A stretch of DNA of 64,000 nucleotides from contig NC_081362.1 in the NCBI RefSeq assembly GCF_030684315.1, positions 89,049,022-89,113,021 of the forward strand, read 5' to 3'. The notes under the pieces were generated by a model that was not told where the DNA came from, made no database searches, and saw only the letters and a program-made list of their open reading frames with translations. Position 1 is the first letter of the stretch; each line of letters starts with the position of its first letter. This stretch comes from Stegostoma tigrinum (Eukaryota). Shown piece by piece: positions 1 through 14,689 of this stretch. Position numbers and translations under genes: made by a program.

Positions 1-478
1 ACTAAATAGTACTGCATATTTACCTAGGCTTAAAATCTGTAAAATATGATTAATCACTCTAGGGATGGTGTCAAATTATTGCAGAAATACCATAGTTCTA
101 TGGACCTATTGTGTGTCCTATGGAATCAGTGTCCTTGTCTTTTCAGTAAATTTAACAATAGCAGCCAAGCCTTGCATTTTTAATTTTTTTTTGAAAAGAG
201 GAAAAAATATACATATCTCTTGTGCAACTGATCAGGATCAGTCAAAATTGATTAGCTAACAACTCATTAAAAATCACTTTTAAGATAATGAAACTTCTCA
301 AAGTGCTTCACAGGTGCATTATTGAACAATGTTTGGCTGTGTGCCACGCACAGGTGATATTAGGTTGATTGAGATCAGTTTCAGCAATGAGACGTTCTAA
401 CAAGTGTCTTAAAAGGAGAATGGTGAGATTGAGAGGAGTAGGGGAGTAATTCAAGAGCTCACGGACTAAGTAACTGAA

Positions 479-686
479 CAAAAACAAAGTTGCTGGAAAA
501 GCTCAGCAGGTCTAGCAGCATCTGTGGAGGAGAAAAAAAAGACTTAACATTTCGGGTCTGGTGACCCTTCCCTCAGAGCCGGACCCAAAACATTGACTCT
601 TTTTTTCCTCCTCCACAGATGCTGAGCTTTTCCAGAAACTTTGTTTATGTTCCTGATTTACAGCATCCGCAGTTCTTTAGGTTCTT
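479..686. mobile_element. Short palindromic Penelope-derived element (family B)
   Basis: Inverted arms (AAAGTTGCTGGAAAAGCTCAGC / GCTGAGCTTTTCCAGAAACTTT); flanking direct repeat ACTAAGTAAYTGAA at 465-478 and 687-700. Confidence 0.7.
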
Positions 687-909
687 ACTAAGTAATTGAA
701 GACCTAACCACCAATGATGGAGCAACTATAATTGGATATCTCAGAGGGTTGTGCGGTTGAAGGTAATTTTGGAGATTGAGAGGGAGCAAGACCTTGTGGG
801 GATTTGAAAACAAAGATGAATTAAGGATAGGAGCTTTCTCCTATGTAATAAACAATTATCCTTGGGCTGTATGCAATATTTAACATTCTAAGCGAGCAAG
901 ATCTAGTTG

Positions 910-1120
910 AAGATAACAAGGGGTGGAGCTGGATGAACACGGCAGGCCAAGAAGCATCAGAGGAGCAGGAGAGCTGATGTTTCAGGTCTGAACCATTCTT
1001 CAGGGTCACTTTTTGAAATATCAGCTTTCCTGCTCCTCTGATGCTGCTTGGCCTGTTATGTCATCCAGCTCTACACCTTGTTATTGCAGATTCTCCAGCA
1101 TCGGCATTTCCTATTATCTC
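910..1120. mobile_element. Short palindromic Penelope-derived element (family A)
   Basis: AGATAACAAGG...GAGCTGGATGAACAC arm and its reverse complement; the same arm caps the Penelope fragment at 1263. Confidence 0.7.
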
Positions 1121-1262
1121 AAGATCAAATCTAAATTATAATCTGGTAGTACAGAAGTTAGGTATTGGCAAAATGTCATTTTCTCAGCAAAGTTTTGAGA
1201 AGTTTCCTCCCACACTCAGGATAAATCACAGAAGTAAAGAGAACACAACCTTAAAACACAGA

Positions 1263-1745
1263 GGTAGTAAAAACTGTCGATGCTGGAGTCAGAGATAGCA
1301 CAGTTTGGAGCTGGAGGAACACAGCAGAGGAGCTGGAAAGTTGAAGTTTCAGTTGGGACCCGTCGTCAGAAACGGGGGAGGGACAAGGGAGTTCAGACAT
1401 AAATAGAGAGGAGAAGTGGGCTGGGGAAGGTAGGTGGGATGGTGATAGGGGAATGCAGGTAGGGAGTGTTGGGGATTGGTCAGTGAGGTGGGAGAAGCAG
1501 ATAGTTGGGGGAGGTTGTGTCAAGTCAAGGAGGTGGGGATGAGAGGGAGGGTTGGTCGTGGGATGAGGCTGGGAGTGGGGAGATTTTGAAACTGGTAAAA
1601 TCTACATTTAGGCCATTGGGCTGTAGGCTCCCAAGGCAGAATACGAGGTGCTGCTCTTCCAGTTTCCAGGTGGCGTCATTGTGACACTGAAAGAGGCCCA
1701 GGATGGACATGTCACCCAGGGAGTGGGAGGGATTTGAAAGGTGAG
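1263..1745 (-). mobile_element. Penelope-like element 3' fragment (GIY-YIG C-terminus + terminal repeat)
   Basis: Minus-strand HSLGDMSILGL...KLEEQHLVFCLGSLQPNGLNVDF continues the endonuclease region seen at 62400-62660. Confidence 0.75.
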
Positions 1746-2349
1746 TGCTGATTGGCTGACGAGTGGATTCTGATTGATCGAGATGTTGCCACGGAGAATG
1801 CACCAGTTAATGACTGACTGACAATTAGCTGTCAAGCTTTCGTTAAATTTTAAACAAAGCAGGTTGACTCACTGATCAAGACAATGCCCTGGGAAATGAA
1901 CTAGTGAATAGTTGTCACTTATTTTGTTACATTTAAACAGGCAGTGCACATATATAATTTTCCCGTCTTCCACAAACAGAGCCCTTTCGCTGCCAGTACA
2001 CTACACTGAGATCCAGAATGGCAATGCTAAATTGGTGGTCAGCCTAATTTTTTTCACAATTGCAAATCACATGTAATTATGGAATCTGTGTGGTGAATTT
2101 AAGCAGTGCAAGTTGGTTACACTCAGTATCTTGCTTACTATTAACAGCTAAAGGGACATGCTGGTTGATATAATCTGCCAGTCTTGGGACATTAGGCCTA
2201 CAAAACTAACAATCAGACTGAGTGAAATTCAGCAGCAGCGTGAAAAAGTAACTTCATCTGTTGCTCAAATTCTTGTGATGCCTCGTCTGAGGTACTGGGA
2301 CACTTTACAGGACAGCCTTAGATCTGTTTATAATTTTGTACCTTGTACA

Positions 2350-2665
2350 GTGAGAAATAATCTGATTAGGGTAGCCATTAGCCCCACAATGGCTCTAATG
2401 CAGCTAATTCAACATCTAGCTCGCACAACGAACAAATGGCTCAAACCCTGTTTATATGCTAGCAAATGAGGCGCATATTACAGCACATGGAACTGTAGGG
2501 ATTCCAACAAGCATACTGACCAGCGAAGGTACCTTCGCAGCAGACGGGAGTTGAAAAGTCCCTCAGCCAATTTCTCAACCAGGGCGTCTAAGGAAGGGAT
2601 CTCACTGGACTCTCCCAGTTCAAGGGTGAACTTCGAGTCCAAAATGGAGCCCACTAAGGTATGTA
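2350..2665 (-). mobile_element. Degenerate Penelope-like reverse transcriptase fragment
   Basis: KFTLELGESSEIPSLDALVEK resembles the PLE RT motif KFT.E.E....LPFLD.LV. Confidence 0.55.
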
Positions 2666-3754
2666 AGGAAAGCATTGACAAAAGGTGTCTATTTCCAGTA
2701 ACACAGAAATTCTGTATGACTGAACAAGTACATTTTAGGAAATAATTACGTGCAGCTATGGATTCAAATACAATAAGACATTATCAACTGGAATTATGCA
2801 AGATGTAGGTGGTTAGGTGTCATTCCAAATATTTTTATGGAACCTAACAAAGATGTTGTGAAAATTGGGCTTAACTATCCTACGGCAACACTATCTATTT
2901 GAGTGTTGTTAAGTCTGAGCTCAAATGTACAGGTTCTTAAATTCTTAACTTTATGAACATGATTCATAGAAGGATGGCAGGACAAGACTGCCTTAATATT
3001 GTGCTATTGTACAAATATCTTTTTTTTTGAGCAATATATTTGTGAAAAGACTAGCAATCTTGAGTGCATGGATACTGCATTGCTGTTGATATGCAAAACT
3101 TCAACAAAACGTGTTTGTTTTCAGCAACGTGCAAGACGTAATCTGTTTTTAAGTTGGTGCCTTCGGGAGATAAGTGGTTGACCTACATCTGATAAACAGT
3201 CTGCATTTATAATCAGTTTCTCTAGTCACTGTAAGAGTTTGAACTTCTCTCCCAACTGCCCATTGCTGCCACCCCAACCACGCCAATTCCTATGCAATTT
3301 GTCCAATCTGCCTCTTGGTAGTGGCAACTCAAGAGTCCAACTGGCTGTAACCTGGTTGTCAACTCCACACATGGTCTAACCAGTTTCAGCAGTGACATAT
3401 TATGGCCTCAGCTCAGCATACATGTATTTGTAAGGAAAGTCCAATAGCTCACAGCAGAAAACCCAAACCAAGCAAAACTAAAATTGCAAAACACACCATA
3501 AACATGCATGGCTGGGTTTTGGCTTTCATCGTCTACGTCCTTTTTTTAGGTCAAAACGAATGCAACTGTTCTGGTCAGAAATTCTCTTGAGTACTTCCAT
3601 ATGGAACAGAAAGTATCCACTTATACATAGAGTTACTCACAAATCCAAGAGGGAGAATACAGAAATTAAGGGCATGAGAAAAAGTGATTTGTGAGGCTAT
3701 GCAATGCACAGTTAGTCAGTGAGCAGATGCAATATCAACATTCAAGATAAGACA

Positions 3755-5815
3755 GGAGATGTGTGAAATACTAAACAAATATTTTGCTTGTATTTCCTGT
3801 GGAAGTGGATGTAGAAGCTAAGCAACTTGGGGAAAGAAACAGCGATGTCTTGAAAAAAGTGTCCACATTACAGAAGAGGAGGCCTCACAAGACACACGGG
3901 TAGATAGACGCCTGGGAACGATCAAATGTATCCCAGAACATTGGGGGAAGCTAGGGGAGAAATTTATGGGCCCCTTACTGAGATATTTGCATCATCAATA
4001 GCTATGGGTGAGGTGCCGGAGACTTACGGGTGGCTAACATGGTGTCATTATTTAAGAAAGGCTGTAAGGAAAAGGCAGGGATCTTATAGACTGGTGAGCC
4101 TGATGTCAGTGGTGGTTAAGTTGTTGAGGGGATTCTAAGGTAATTCTGAGGCATAGGAGATATACATGCATTTGGAAAAGCAAGGACTGATTAAGGATAG
4201 TCAACATAGCTTTGTGCATGGGAAATTACGTCTGACTAATTTGATTGAGTTTTTGAAATGGTGACAAAGATGATTGTGTGTCTGTATGGACTTCAGCAAG
4301 GTTCTGCATGATAAACTGGTTAGCAAGGTTAGCTCATGGAATCCAGGTAGAACTAGCCAGTTGGATATAAAATTGGCTTGAAGGTAGAAGACTGAGGACA
4401 GTGGTAGAGGGTTGCTGTGCAGACTGGAGGCCTGTGACCAACAGTTTGATGCAAGCATCAGGACTGGGTCCACTACTTGTCATCATTTATATAAATGATT
4501 TGGACATGAATTTGGGAGGTATGGCGAGTAAGTCTGCAGATGACATCAAAATTGGAGGTGTAGTGGACACCGAAGGTTATCTCAGAGTACAACAGACCTT
4601 GATACAATGGGCCAATAGGCCTACGGCTGGCAGATGGAGTTTAATTTGGATAAATGAGAGATGTCGCATTTTGTTAAGGCAAACCAGGGCAAGACTTATA
4701 CAGTAACAGTAGGGCCTTAGGGAGTGTTATTAGAGAGACCTATGGGTGTAGGTGCATAGTTCCTTTAAAATGGAGGCTCAGGTAGAATGGGTGGTGAAAA
4801 AGGCACGTGGCACACTCATCTCCATTTGTTAGCATACAGAGTATAGAAGGTGCAACATCATGTTGCGGCTGTAGAGGACATTGATCAGGACCCTTCTGGA
4901 ATACTGCCTTCAATTCTGGTCTCCCTGCTATAGCAATGATGTCGTTAAACTTGAAAGAGTGCAGAAAAGATTTACAAGGATATTGCTGGGATTGGAGGGT
5001 TTGAGCTATAAGGAGGTTGCATAGGATGGGGCTACTTTCCCTGGAATGTTTGAGGCTGATGGGTGACTTTACAGAGGTTTATAAAATCATGAAGGGCTAG
5101 ATAGGGTGAATAACCAAGGTCTTCTTCCCCAGGGTAGTGGAGTCCAAAACTAGAGGGCATAGGTTTAAGATGAATGGGGAAAGATTTAAAAAGGGAGCCA
5201 AGGAGCAACATTTTCTCACAGAGGGTGATGAGTATGGAATGAGCTGCCATAGGAAATTTTTCTTCTTTATTCATTAATAGGATGAGGACATTGCTGGCTA
5301 GGTAGCATTTATTATCCATCCCTGAATGCTTAGAGTGCAGTTCAGAGTCAACCACATTGCTGCAGGTCTGGAGTCACATGTAGGCCAGACCAGGTTAGGG
5401 AAGGAAACTGCCATCCTTAAGGACATCAGTGAACCAGATGGGTTTTTCTGACAATCGGCAATGGATTCATGGTCATCATTAGACTGTAAATTCCAGATAT
5501 ATTTTATTGAATTCAAATTCCACCATTTGCCACGGTGGGATTCGAACTGTCTCGAGAACGTTATCAGGTCTCTCGATTAACAGTCCAGCAAAAATATCAT
5601 AAGGCCATTGCCTCCCTCTGCTGGAGGCTAGTACAATTATGGTGAAGGCTAGTAGAATTACAACATTTAAAAGGCATCTGGATAGGTAGGTGAATAGGAA
5701 GGGTTTAAGAGTGATAAGGGCCAAATGTTGGCAAATGAGATGGGACCAGTTTCGGATTTCTAGTTAGCATGGACGAATTGGCCCACGGGGTCTATTTCCG
5801 TACTATATGACTCAA
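3755..5815 (+). mobile_element. Decayed CR1-type LINE (RT region to 3' end), interrupted by a SINE
   Basis: YRLVSLMSVVVKLL, LGPLLVIIYINDLD, SKSADDIKIGG remnants with frameshifts. Confidence 0.85.
5256..5618 (-). mobile_element. tRNA-derived SINE inserted in the CR1 LINE
   Basis: B-box-like GTTCGAATCCC on minus; body AAAAACCCATCTGGTTCACTGATGTCC recurs at about 13520-13870, 27270-27800, 31615-31945, 33705-34050, 37870-38050. Confidence 0.75.
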
Positions 5816-6736
5816 TTAGACTGGAGGAATGGAGAAAGGAAAGGGAGTTGAAGCAATATGGGAGCAAGGTAGATAATCGGTATTCAAACAAGTCACCAAC
5901 TGAAAGGATAAAAGATGACACAGCTAGTTCAACGAGGAAACTCTGTCTGTAATACTATAAAAACATTATTCAGCTGCCACGCTAAATTATAATGTTAAGA
6001 GAAGTTCCATACATCCAGCCACTTACTTCATTATTCAGCTAAATCCATGGCAAATCTTTTTGAGGTTTCCACTCCAAATTGCCACCCAACCTGATACTGT
6101 GACAACAGACAAATGCAGTTTCCCATATTATAGACCATATGCCTCAATTTTTCCCCATTGACTTAATTTCTGTGCCCCTTTGCAGATTCCCTAACTTATG
6201 TTCCTACTCGTGTCTGTGTCATCAGCGACTTGAGCAATTGATGTACACTGTTAGCTGCAGCCTTGGCATCAACTCTCCCCTATGAGACTTCTGTCAACTG
6301 CACACTTGTAGTACGTGCATTCAATATTGGCTCTGTCCATCAGCTGGCCTCTCTCTTCAGAACTGCAGCCTGGTGTGTTAATGGTTCTGATTCAGAAATT
6401 GAGTTTCCTTGCAATTTTAGAATTCATGTAATGGAGCTGGGGGAGGGGTGGTAATTATGAGGTCTAATCCAGCTAACAGATGGCTTAGGTTTTCTAACAC
6501 AAGTACAAAGCAGAAGTCAGGCACTGACAAAATAAATGCAGAGGTACTAACCACACTTCAAAACCACATGCTACTTTTCACGCAACACCTCAATCTACTT
6601 AGCTTCAAATCACAATGGAAATGTGGCATATAAAAAGGTATATATTAAAACCTCCAATGGAATGTAATAGACCAGTGGTGCTGCTGTGGCACCAATCTCT
6701 CTCTTTCAGTTTCAGAATAAAGGGAAAAAAAATCAA

Positions 6737-6945
6737 CATCTGTGGATGCTGGAGATCTGAAACAAAAACAAAAACAAAAACAAAAAATTAATGGAGAAAC
6801 TCAGCAGGTCTTGTAGCATTTGTGGGAGGAAACAGAGTTAAAATTCAAATTCAGTGACTGTTGAAGAGTTTCAGACTTGAAACGTTAACTCTGCTTCCTT
6901 CCCACAGATGCTGCTAGACCTGCAAAGTTTCTACTTTTGCTTCAG
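6737..6945. mobile_element. Palindromic Penelope-derived element (family B)
   Basis: GGATGCTGGAGATCTGAAAC...ACTCAGCAGGTC arm with partial inverted arm. Confidence 0.6.
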
Positions 6946-7339
6946 AATAAAGAGGTGCCAACTGAAGATCGAGATGAGAAAGAATCTCTTCTCTCTAAGG
7001 GCTGACTGTGTTTGGAACTCCTTGCCACAGGCAACTGTGGGGGCAGAGTTGTTGTGAATATTTCAGGCTCAGATAGATTCTTGATGGTCTCATGGTCTTA
7101 GCCCAATTCTATCCACTATCCTGTTTCTTCTTTACTTTCAAAGCTAGAATCTTGTAAGATTGCCTGCAGATAACATATAGATTTCTCATTATTTCAGTCG
7201 CAAACATATCTCCAAAGGTTGACCTTTACTGTTAACAGACAACTCACCAGTTATCTAAAGTCAAAGACTCCTGGTAGCTCAGCTCTCCCCAGCAGCACAG
7301 TTTATTCACCTGACAAGGATTACCTTAACCATGTTCTTG

Positions 7340-7466
7340 TCTGATAAGCGTCTAGGCCCAAAACATCAGCTTTTGTGGTCCTAACATGCTGCTTGGCCTG
7401 CTGTGTTCATCCAGCTCCACGCTTTGTTATCTCGGATTATCCAGCATCTGCAGTTCCCATTATCTC
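7340..7466. mobile_element. Penelope-derived terminal arm (family A)
   Basis: TCTAGGCCCAAAACATCAGC...CCAGCATCTGCAGTTCCCATTATCTC. Confidence 0.65.
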
Positions 7467-7711
7467 TTTCCTGAATGCTACTTGCCAATTTTTTTAAAAT
7501 CTGCTCTATTGTTTGCTTGAGTTTCATGATAATATCAAGCATATTTCACCACTAGGTACCTACAACCTTAATTAATATTGCTGCCAACTCACCCCATTTT
7601 GAATTATTTGAGTGGAATCTCAGAGAGATGATAAAGTAGGTACGTTACAAAACAGGTTAAGACAGAGTACCAGTAAGAACATGCTTCCAGTTCAAAGCAA
7701 TGCACTGTCAT

Positions 7712-8706
7712 AGAACACAGAACATAGAACATTACAGCACAGTACAGGCCCATCGGCCCTCGACGTTGTGCCGACCCGTCGTACCGATCTCAAGCCCATT
7801 TAACCTACACTATTCCATGTACGTCCATATGCTTGTCCAATGATGACTTAAACGTACCTAAAGTTGGCGAATCTACTACCGTTGCAGGCAAAGCGTTCCA
7901 TTCCCTTACTACTCTGACTAAAGAAACTACCTCTGACATCTGTCCTATATCTTTCACCCCTCAATTTAAAGCTACGCCCCCTCGTGCTCGCCGTCACCAT
8001 CCTAGGAAAAAGGCTCTCCCTATCCACCCTATCTAACCCTCTGATTATTTTATATGTTTCAATTAAGTCATCTCTCAACCTTTTTCTCTCTAATGAAAAC
8101 AGCCTCAAGTCCCTCAGCCTTTCCTTGTAAGACCTTCCCTCCATACCAGGCAACATCCCAGTAAATCTCCTCTGCACCCTTTCCAAAGCTTCCACATCCT
8201 TCTTATAATGCGGTGATCAGAACTGTACACAATACGCCAAGTGCGGCTGCACCAGAGTTTTGTACAGCTTCACCATAAACTCTTGGTTCCGGAACTCGAT
8301 CCATCTATTAATAAAAGTGAAAACACTGTATGCCTTCTTAACAGCCCTGTCAACCTGGGTGGCAACTTTCAAGGATCTGTGTACACGGACACCGTGATCT
8401 CTCTCCTCATCTACACTAAGAATCTTACCATTAGCCCTGTACTTTGCCTTCTTGTTACTCCTACCAAAGTGCATCACCTCACACTTGTCTGCATTAAACT
8501 CCATTTGCCACCTCTCAGCCCAGCTCTGCAGCTTATCCACGTCTCTCTGCAACCTACAGCATCCTTCGTCACTATCCACAACTCCACCGACCTTAGTGTC
8601 GTCTGCAAATTTACTAACCCATCCTTCTACGCCCTCATCCAGGTCATTTATAAAAATGACAAACAGCAGTGGACCCAACACCGACCCTTGCGGTACACCA
8701 CTAGTA
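7712..8706 (-). mobile_element. Young 5'-truncated CR1-type LINE (RT C-terminus + 3' tail)
   Basis: VTSGVPQGSVLGPLLFVIFINDLDEG...SKFADDTKVGG...LERVQRRFT; short AGAAC/AT tail; ACTGTCAT duplicated at 7704-7711 and 8707-8714. Confidence 0.92.
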
Positions 8707-9802
8707 ACTGTCATGGGGAGAAACACATGCATTAACGACACAGGAGAACTAACGTACATAGAGATTAGAGCAGAATCTTAAATCAGTATATAGATCATTC
8801 TGGATAGAAGCAAAAGAGAAAATTACACATTCATAGGCAACTCATGGAAAAACTCTGAACATGCACAAATCAGATCAAAAACAAACTGCATTTATGCAAT
8901 GTCTTTAAAAAGTTCCAACGAAACATAATCAAACAAAACTGATGTTGAGTCAAAGAAAGTAATATCAGAAGAGTCTTCAACATCAGAGGGGGGAGAACGA
9001 AAGGCCATGGAGATTTCAACAAGAGAACAAAGCATTTTAAACGGAAACTTTTGCGGGACTTGGGGTCCAATGTACGTCAGTGACCACAGGGGTCAAACGA
9101 GGTGTGATTCATGTAAAATAGAACTGGCAGAATTTTAATGAGCTCAAGTCAGTGGTAGAAGATGGGAGGTTGAAAAGGAGAGCAATGAAACGAATGTGTG
9201 TGTGGATGTGGCTTTAGGCAACAGATGATTGGCAGGAAACGTCATTTATATTAGAAACTGACGTTGGACACCAAGACAAGAAATCGGACAAGCAAACGAA
9301 GTTTGTTGGAGACAGAATTAGGACAGGTAAGCTCAGGTGGAGGGTAATAGACCGAGTGTTTTTTTTTAAATCATTGCCCACTATCCCCATTATAATAGAA
9401 AATAACTGTGGCTTTATAAAGAGGGCAATGAACCATTAATAATATCATTATACATAACCTATAAAACACGCACACATCTACAACACTAAATCCACAGTGA
9501 CGCCAATGTTCGCACGTATAACTCCATATACAATATTGATTTCCGTATGCAAGTTTAGAATTCCACGGTGGTTCAAATCCAAATAGGCACGATAGGTATT
9601 TCTCATCATTGCAAAATAACCTGCAACAATTATTGGATCGAACTCATCAAATGCATCTCCATTTTCCATCATTATAGGTTTAACAGCCTGACCACATCCT
9701 GCATATCATCTAACTCTCAATATCTTCCTTCGCTCTGACATATGACCAAAATACCAAACGAGTCCCAGACACGCACAGTAATGACACGAGCACACAGTCT
9801 TG

Positions 9803-10087
9803 ATTAGATTCCCTACAGTGTGGAAACAGGCCCTTCGGCCCAACAAGCCCACAGTGCCCCTTGAAGCATCCCACTCAGACCCATCCCCCTATAATCCACA
9901 CACCCCTGAACACTACGGGCAATTTAGCGTGGCCAATCCACCTAACCTGCACATCTTTGGACTGTGGGAAGAAACTGGAGCACCCGGGGAGAACGTGCAA
10001 ACTCCACACAGACAGTCGCCCAAGGCTGCAGTCGAACCTGGGTCCTTGGCGCTGTGAGGCTGCAGTGCTAACCACTGAGCCACCCCA
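9803..10087 (-). mobile_element. HE1/V-SINE-like tRNA-derived SINE
   Basis: GTGGCTCAGTGGTTAGCACTGC head, GTGTGGAGTTTGCAC...GGTGGATTGGCCACGCTAAATTGCCC core. Confidence 0.85.
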
Positions 10088-10089
10088 GT

Positions 10090-11350
<1,261 letters not shown>

Positions 11351-11351
11351 T

Positions 11352-11930
11352 GAGGAGGAGGGGATGGGGGTGAGGGGGCGGGGATGATGGTGAAGGGGTG
11401 GACCTAGGGTGAGGAGGCGGGGCTGGGGTTGAGGAGGTGGGGGTGGAAGTGAGGAGGAGGGAATGGGAGTGAGGGGGCGGGGATGATGGTGAAGGGGTGG
11501 ACCTAGGGTGAGGAGGCGGGGCTGGGGTTGAGGAGGTGCGGGTGGAAGTGAGGAGGAGGGGATGGGAGTGAGGGGGCGGGGATGATGGTGAAGGGGTGGA
11601 CCTAGGGTGAGGAGGAGGGGTTGGGAGTGAGGGGGCGGGGACGATGGTGAAGGGGTGGACCTAGGGTGAGGAGGAGGGGATGGGAGCGATGGGGCGGGGA
11701 TGATGGTGAAGGGGTGGACCTAGGGTGAGGAGGCGGGGCTGGGGTTGAGGAGGTGGGGGTGGAAGTGAGGAGGAGGGAATGGGAGTGACGGGTCGGGGAT
11801 GATGGTGAAGGGGTGGACCTAGGGTGAGGAGGCGGGGATGATGGTGAAGGGGTGGACCTAGGGTGAGGAGGCGGGGCTGGGGTTGAGGAGGTGGACCTCG
11901 GGTGAGGAGGAGGGGCTGGCGGTGAGGGGG
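11352..11930. repeat. G-rich compound minisatellite (about 99/59/39-bp variant units)
   Basis: Eight copies of GACCT(A/C)GGGTGAGGAGG at about 11401, 11500, 11599, 11658, 11717, 11816, 11855, 11894. Confidence 0.92.
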
Positions 11931-13519
11931 TGGGGCTCGGGGGTGAAGGAAGGCGGGACTGTGTGAGGAAGTGGATTCGATGAGAGGGCGGAGGTTTGGA
12001 ATGAAGGGTCGGGCCTGGGTTGGGGGTTGTGGGGTGGAGGTGTGACTGGGGAATGGGGGGGGGTTGTCCGAGGGTGAGGCTGAGATTGAGGCAGATGGGG
12101 CTGAGTGAACAGTGGATTTGATTTTTGTCAATACGGTTGTGTGTATTTGGAAGAGCTTTGAGATGTGGGAGGGCAGCTGGCAATGGGGAGGAACAAGGAA
12201 TGGTGTGGGACAGCTTCTTTTTCACTATCATATCTACCAGTTTTGCCTCAGCAACCTATTCAGAGATGTTACTTCTGGAGCAGATGATACTTGAACCCAG
12301 GACTCCCAGTCTAGGGGTAGGGACACTACTTCTGTGCAACAAGGGGGACCTTAAGACGCTCATGCCTACTATTTATTAATATTGTTAGCTCTATCTAATA
12401 TGCAAAGGCTTCTTAAATTGCCTCATCTATGAGTGCACACCCATCCCACCACCTGTTTTATGCAGCAGCACCATTTTTCCAGGCATTGGTACTGAGAATA
12501 CATCGCACAGACCCATCACAAGCATCTCAAATTACCTCAGAACCAATGAACTATTTCTAAAGTGTGCTCACTGTTCTAATTTAGGAAACACTAAACAGCA
12601 AAGGTGATAATCAAATACTCTGTTTAATGATGCTGACTGAGGGATAAATATGATCATCTTCAAAATAGTATCACAACATCTTTTGCATCACCTGAGAGGG
12701 CAACAGGATCTTGTTTTAACACCTCAGCTGAAAGACAGCACCACTGTCAGCCTAGAGTGAGACTTGAACCCACAGTGCATACACTCTGATGTAATCACTG
12801 ACAGGCCAGTTTTATGTTGGGTTAAGTTCAAAAGGAAAACTTCTTTTTACATATCCTGAATCAATCAACCGACAGCCTTTCTGTTGCATGCCCAAGTGTT
12901 TTGAAGCATGAAAGACAATTGTCTGGACATGTTTTATATGTCCAGGCTCTGGATTTTGCTTTTATTGCAAGTTGAGGATTCCCTTCACTGCATTTCACTA
13001 TGGTTATCAGGACAAATAGATATGCGAGTCTCCAGGTGAAAGCAATACCTTTTGAGATCTTGAACTATGGAAAGCCATCGTATTTAGGGGAGCACATCTC
13101 CCACTGGTAAACCTAATGAATTTCTTACAGTGTACTGAATCTATGATTGAATCTGCGAGCAATTTCACCAGCTAGGCAGTATCACCCATGCAAAGGAACA
13201 TCTCAATACCTTAAAAATGAGGGGAATTAAGATGCATGCCAGATAAAATCTTAGATGTAAGGTGGAGTCTGGAGAAGACCATAAGAAATAGGAGCAGGAT
13301 TTGGCCATTCAGCCCCTCTGCCTGTTCTGCCATTCAGTAGGATCATGGCTGATTCGGCAGGGGTTACATTCTGAAGAGCAGATAAGTTAAACATTGATTC
13401 AGAAGAGGTATTAAAAGTCATTAATTATTTCAATGGAATAAATAAAATGAAACAGTTTTTGATGACAAGTGTTGATTGAGGACATCAGTAAAAGGGACAA
13501 CATGCAGAAACATGTTTTA

Positions 13520-13870
13520 ATTCTTTCATGGGATATGGATGTTGCTAGGCAGGGCAGCATTTGTTGCCCATACCTAATTGCCCTTGAACTGAGTGGCTTA
13601 CTAGGGCCGTTTCCGAGGACCGTTCGAGTCAGCCACATTGCTGTGGGTCTGGATTCAGCTGTGGGCCAGATCATGTAAAAACAGCAGATTTCCTTTCCCA
13701 AAGTGAGCCACATTGATTTTACAACAATCAATGATAGTTTCATTGTAACTGTCATGGAGGTAAGCTTTTATATCTGGATATATCTGCCCTGGTAAGAATT
13801 TGAATCAATGACCTCCAGTGCATTACCCTGAGTTTCTGCATTACTGGTTCAATTACATCACTATTATGCT
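13520..13870 (-). mobile_element. tRNA-derived SINE (same family as 5256-5618)
   Basis: GCAGCATTTGTTGCCCAT...CCACATTGCTGTGGGTCTGGA shared body. Confidence 0.65.
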
Positions 13871-14689
13871 CCCATAGTCCACTCTTTTGGTGATTGAAAC
13901 TGTTTTCTCAATTATTTTCTCCATCAAAATGAGTGTTGTCTAATAGAACTAACCTTCCAGTGTTTCCTTTTACAGTGAAGTCTACTCTCCTTCCTAGCAA
14001 TCTTTCCAAATCTTTTCTGCATTAACGTACTCAGCAAATGTTCCAGCTGTCATTGACAGTCGAATTCTCCTGCATTTCCAGTCCAAAGGTACAGATAATG
14101 TTGCACTAGTCCTACTGGACCATAAGGCTATTGGCTGATTAGAGAGATGAATGGTGCTGATTTAATCTGAAGGTTGTTGTGCCTCAGACCAGGGGATAGG
14201 TTGAGAAGGAGTGTCCTGTGTGGTAAACCCAGCCATTGCGGGAATTGAACCCATGCTGTTGGCATTACTCTACATTGCAAACCAGCCATCCAGCCAACTG
14301 AGTTAACCAAGTGGAAGACAAGGTGGTGCCCTTCCAACTTCTGGAGAGATGCAGCAGGCCTAAAACAGTAATGTTGGCCTGTTGAAGTGGCAGAGAAATG
14401 GAAGGTCAAGGGCATTTTTACAGCAGTGTGTAGGCTTTGGATAGCAGGGAGAGAGGTAAACGAGACAAGTGTTACACTTTCTGCAATTGCATGGGAAGGT
14501 GCCACTAGAGTGGGGGAGTGGACCGGGGTCCTTTAAATGGGGAGGGTATTGAATTGAATTGAATCATTTATTGTCATGTGTTTTCAATGTAAAAATACAG
14601 TGAAAAGTGTGTACCTTCACGGTGTATAACTGGCACCATTCACATTAACTTAGAATAAGATAAGGAAAAAACAACTTGAGAGTCCAAGA

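Noticed and set aside
9803-10087. tRNA-like A/B boxes here and in other SINE heads
   Set aside because: They continue into SINE bodies; no complete cloverleaf supports a true tRNA gene.
11352-11930. Repeat array considered as CRISPR-like
   Set aside because: Inter-repeat segments are themselves repeated, there are no cas genes, and the DNA is vertebrate.
11602-12231. Pro/His/Ser-rich ORFs (209 and 156 aa)
   Set aside because: Translations of the C-rich strand of the minisatellite.
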